A stretch of DNA of 10,829 nucleotides from Octopus sinensis (Eukaryota), in contig NW_021827232.1 of NCBI RefSeq assembly GCF_006345805.1, positions 1-10,829 on the forward strand, in the 5' to 3' direction. The translations under genes and the position numbers were made by a program. Shown here piece after piece: positions 7,631 through 10,829 of the stretch (position 1 is its first letter; each line of letters begins with the position of its first letter). The notes below the pieces were generated by a model that did not search any database, was not told the DNA's origin, and was given only the letters and a program-made list of their open reading frames with translations.

Positions 7631-7915
7631 TTTGGTTTTGTACATAGTGTTGTTCTCGAGAATGTCTAAGAAAATTGTGTTTGTTTTAAAATTTGAGATA
7701 ACATAGAAAGTATTTTACTTAGGATATGGGCAGTTCACATGAGCACTATCTTCCGAATTTCTGCTATTTTGGGGAGCTAGGTAGCAATCAGCCCCTTTTA
7801 TTACCATTCCCTGGGCACCTATGACAACAGGTATTGTTTTAGTTTTGAGGTTCCACATTTTGCTAATTTCTATTTCAAGATCTTTATACTTGCTCAGATT
7901 TTCGCAGGTCTTTAT
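7631..7915 (-). mobile_element. RLE-type non-LTR retrotransposon (R4/Dong-like) 3' fragment 1
   Basis: KTCENLSKYKDLEIEISKMWNLKTKTIPVVIGAQGMV, then in a shifted frame PKIAEIRKIVLM*TAHILSKILSM. This is the typical C-terminus after the RLE domain, followed by probable 3' UTR. Confidence 0.85.
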
Positions 7916-7974
7916 GATTATCATTATTATTATTATTATTATCATCATCATCATCATTATTATTATTATTATTA

Positions 7975-8036
<62 letters not shown>
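7916..8036. repeat. (ATT)n/(ATC)n microsatellite
   Basis: Direct reading; lies between the two RLE LINE fragments. Confidence 0.95.
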
Positions 8037-8613
8037 CAGTAGTTTTATTTTTATAGCGTGCTTTCACTCACTACCGAGCGCAGCTCCGTGTGCCTTGGTA
8101 TGTGCTGTGATTTATTGTGATGCTCTGATGGTTATTGTGTGGAAGTGTTCTGCGTAGGATGTGTGCAGTGCCTAGTTGCAATTTTCTGTATGTCATATGT
8201 GTTGTAAGTCCTGGTGTTCTTGTTATGTATTTGTCTGAATATTTTTTTATCATGCCTAATGCACCTACTATGATAGGAATTGTTTCTGTTTCAGATTCCA
8301 CATTCTAGTTACTCTATTTCCAGGTCTTTGTATTTTGAGAGTTTCTCCATTTCTTTTAGAGACACGTTGTCATCAGCCGGTATTGATACATCAATTAGAA
8401 GCATTTTTTTTCTTCATGATCTCTGACAACTATATCTGGTCTGTTGGCCTTAATTTCTCTATCTGTGTGTATCGGCATATCCCAGAGTATGGTTGCTTTC
8501 TCGTTTTCTGTGACCTTTTCTGGTGTGTGCCTATACCATCTTTTTTCTGTTGTTATTCCATAATGTTGGCATAGCTTCCAATGTATGTAGGTTCCAACTC
8601 TGTCATGTCTGTG
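8037..8613 (-). mobile_element. RLE-type non-LTR retrotransposon (R4/Dong-like) 3' fragment 2, 5'-truncated, with 3' end
   Basis: RHDRVGTYIHWKLCQHYGITTEKRWYRHTPEKVTENEKATILWDMPIHTDREIKANRPDIVVRDHEEKKCF/LIDVSIPADDNVSLKEMEKLSKYKDLEIE/VTRMWNLK/TETIPIIVGALGMIKK. The RHD, RPD, D and KxxKY motifs of the PD-(D/E)xK restriction-like endonuclease are present. It ends ...aaaataaaactactg-(ATA)n. Confidence 0.93.
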
Positions 8614-8614
8614 A

Positions 8615-8621
8615 ATTATTA

Positions 8622-8699
<78 letters not shown>
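8615..8699. repeat. (ATT)n microsatellite
   Basis: Direct reading. Confidence 0.95.
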
Positions 8700-8700
<1 letters not shown>

Positions 8701-9104
8701 TGTAGTTGAACTTCACGGTCTAGTGTTTTACACCATACGGAAACACGATTACTTTGACTTTACATTGTTTAATATTCTGTTTCGTTTCATACAAAGAATC
8801 TCACAACCTATTTCATTTTTATTATTGTTCCTCTAATTCAACAACCGTTACACTTAATCTCTCCGCCATATCACTTACTTCGCTTTTCACGCTATTCCCC
8901 CCCCCCTCTTCTTAATTTGTACTTTTCGTGTTTATATTTTTGCTTAGTGAGTTCCAAATCCATTCACCATGTGTTACTTTTGTCGTTGTCACCTCTCTCA
9001 TCTGAAGTGAAAGAAAAAAATTTCCCTATACATTAATTTTGATTTATTTGCCCGCCGCCATATTGTAGATTTCTGTAACACTCTTCAGTAATCCACTTTA
9101 TTGT

Positions 9105-9203
9105 TTCCTCTGTTTATTATCAGATTTCTTGCTTATTATATTTATTATATTTCTGTCTATTATTATATTTTTGTATACTTCCTCTGTTTATTATCATATT
9201 TCT
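9105..9203. repeat. 25-bp direct repeat (1 mismatch, 74-bp spacing) with degenerate internal subunits
   Basis: ttcctctgtttattatca(g/t)atttct at 9105-9129 and 9179-9203, with tattatattt(c/t)tgt units between. Confidence 0.8.
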
Positions 9204-9540
9204 AACAATTTTTATTTGTTTTCTTAGAATCCACGATTCTTTAAATTTATGAAGGAAAAGCTTCGTGAAAATACTATAAACATTACAAAGGAATAATAAA
9301 TAAGAAAAGGCTTAGATTAAATAAAGTGTTGTAATATAAATTATGTTTTAAGGATAAACTTTGCAAATGGCAAATGTAAGATATTTTAATGGAAATTTTT
9401 ACAATGCTGGTTGTCTAGCTTGGAGTGAAACAAAACAAGTGATATTTATATATTAAATATGCGATGTAAGATGTAATTTCATTGTTGCTCAAAAGACAAA
9501 AAATGTAAAACAAATCCTAAAACGAATTCTAGTACGCGCG

Positions 9541-9606
9541 CACACACACGCACACACATACACACAAACACACACACATACACATACACACGCACACACA
9601 CACACA
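9541..9606. repeat. Imperfect (CA)n microsatellite
   Basis: Direct reading. Confidence 0.9.
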
Positions 9607-9755
9607 TCTAACTATTTAAGCGGAAAAGAAAGTGCTTGAAGTCCTTTGATAGAGTATATTTATTCGTGTCATACTGAAGGTTCAGTCATCTGTTACTCAG
9701 AGTTTCCTCACTGCTTGCGATCATTCAGGCGATATACATACATACATACATACAT

Positions 9756-9956
9756 AGGGGAGAATTCACAAAAAAAAAACCCCAAATAAGACGAAGACAG
9801 GTGGTGTAGACAACAAACAGATGTATTAGTATAACGCTCGGGAAGTGAAAAAGTCTTTAACGTTTCGAGCCTATGCTCTTCCACAGAAAAGAACACAGAA
9901 AGAAACAAGGAGAGAAAATAAAGAATGTATAGTGGCTAGCGATCTATCATGGCGAA
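9756..9956 (-). mobile_element. Short non-coding repeat, probably a Penelope-like terminal repeat/retrozyme-like unit, within a (TACA)n tract
   Basis: Bounded by atacatacatac-type sequence on both sides (9733-9755, 9957-9975). It contains the hammerhead-like motif at 9854-9892. Boundaries are approximate. Confidence 0.5.
9854..9892 (-). ncRNA. Minimal type I hammerhead-ribozyme-like motif with variant core
   Basis: Minus strand: UCUUUU-CUGUGGA-A-GAGC-AUAG-GCUC-GAAAC-GUU-AAAGA. Stem I is UCUUU/AAAGA, stem II is GAGC/GCUC, GAAA is conserved, and stem III is the palindrome ACGU. The core reads CUGUGGA instead of CUGANGA. Confidence 0.55.
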
Positions 9957-10430
9957 TACTTACATACATATACTTATATATTGCTGTATATGCATGTATG
10001 TAAGCACACACACATCACTGTATAATTTTGTTTTATCTTTTGTTTCTGTCGTTAATTCCAATGGCTTCTCTTTTGCTGCATTTACTTGCCTTTGTTTTTT
10101 TTCTTTTTTCTTTTGAGATTCTCAGGTTCCATCCTTTCTATCTCTTACTTTGTCATGTCATTCGTCAACAACCAGTCAGATCTGGGTCATATATTGAAAA
10201 ATAATTATATTCCCTCACGCCTTATGGAATTGCAGCAACAATCAGTCAAGTGAAACGCCGAAAGAAAATGGCGCCAGAAATATCAGGTTTGTATACAAAG
10301 AAAAAAAAAAAGAACCGACGGAAGGCAGAGAGAAGAATGTTGAGTCTAACTAATCAGGAGAATATCTATTTATTTACCTATTTTGTCATTCATGAATCTG
10401 AATGATTTTTCTGTATTTTTGCAGGTACGG

Positions 10431-10442
10431 CACACACACACA

Positions 10443-10500
<58 letters not shown>
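10431..10500. repeat. (CA)n microsatellite
   Basis: Direct reading; source of the HTHT/CVCV ORFs. Confidence 0.95.
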
Positions 10501-10503
<3 letters not shown>

Positions 10504-10829
10504 AAAGGAATTCCCGAACGCGAAAAGGTTGTGAAGGTTATAAAAAATGTGGACAGTAAGTCTATACAGGGGATCAAACGCTGCACCTCTCAAATCCCAT
10601 GTGAGCGCTCTGTAACATTAAGCTAAGAGGCTCTCTGACGACAAATGTCATTTTATAATGCTAAGTAATAATAGTAATAATAGTAATACATAAAAGAGTA
10701 AAAGATTAAAAGTTCAGTTCCTTACGCCCGTTTCTGCCAAGTGGCCACAATTTCCTCCATGCTAACTCCATCTCTTCAGTGTTCTGTAGGGATGGGTAGA
10801 TAGAGTTTGGATGTTGGTTGGTTCGCTTC

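Noticed and set aside
6107-9203. CRISPR-like reading of short direct repeats (19-bp pair at 6107, 25-bp pair at 9105)
   Set aside because: Only two units each, no spacer series, no cas genes, and a eukaryotic context.

Overview
AT-rich, microsatellite-dense eukaryotic non-coding DNA (intron or intergenic). The SINE families and repeat style resemble Octopus/cephalopod DNA; this is from recall, not a database search. No intact host gene is supported, and nearly all listed ORFs are microsatellite or transposon artefacts. The window is a transposon graveyard: (1) five copies of one tRNA-derived SINE family in both orientations; (2) a nested cluster at ~2090-2730 with two clear target-site duplications (TSDs); (3) a second tRNA-SINE family at 4380-4683; (4) a decayed Penelope-like reverse transcriptase (RT) relic at ~3815-4203; (5) a CR1/L2-type LINE 3' end at ~4745-5110; (6) the 3' half of a DD34D mariner at ~7030-7630; (7) two R4/Dong-like restriction-like-endonuclease (RLE) LINE 3' fragments sitting in (TAA)n arrays; (8) a ~200-bp element carrying a minimal hammerhead-ribozyme-like fold with an altered core (9854-9892, minus strand). 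The most interesting items are the hammerhead-like motif, a headless 162-bp TSD-flanked retro-insertion that shares its 3' tail with a SINE, and the TAA-targeted LINE stack. Two weak exon candidates lie at 5760-5919 (-) and ~10126-10286 (+). I found no convincing wholly new multi-gene system.
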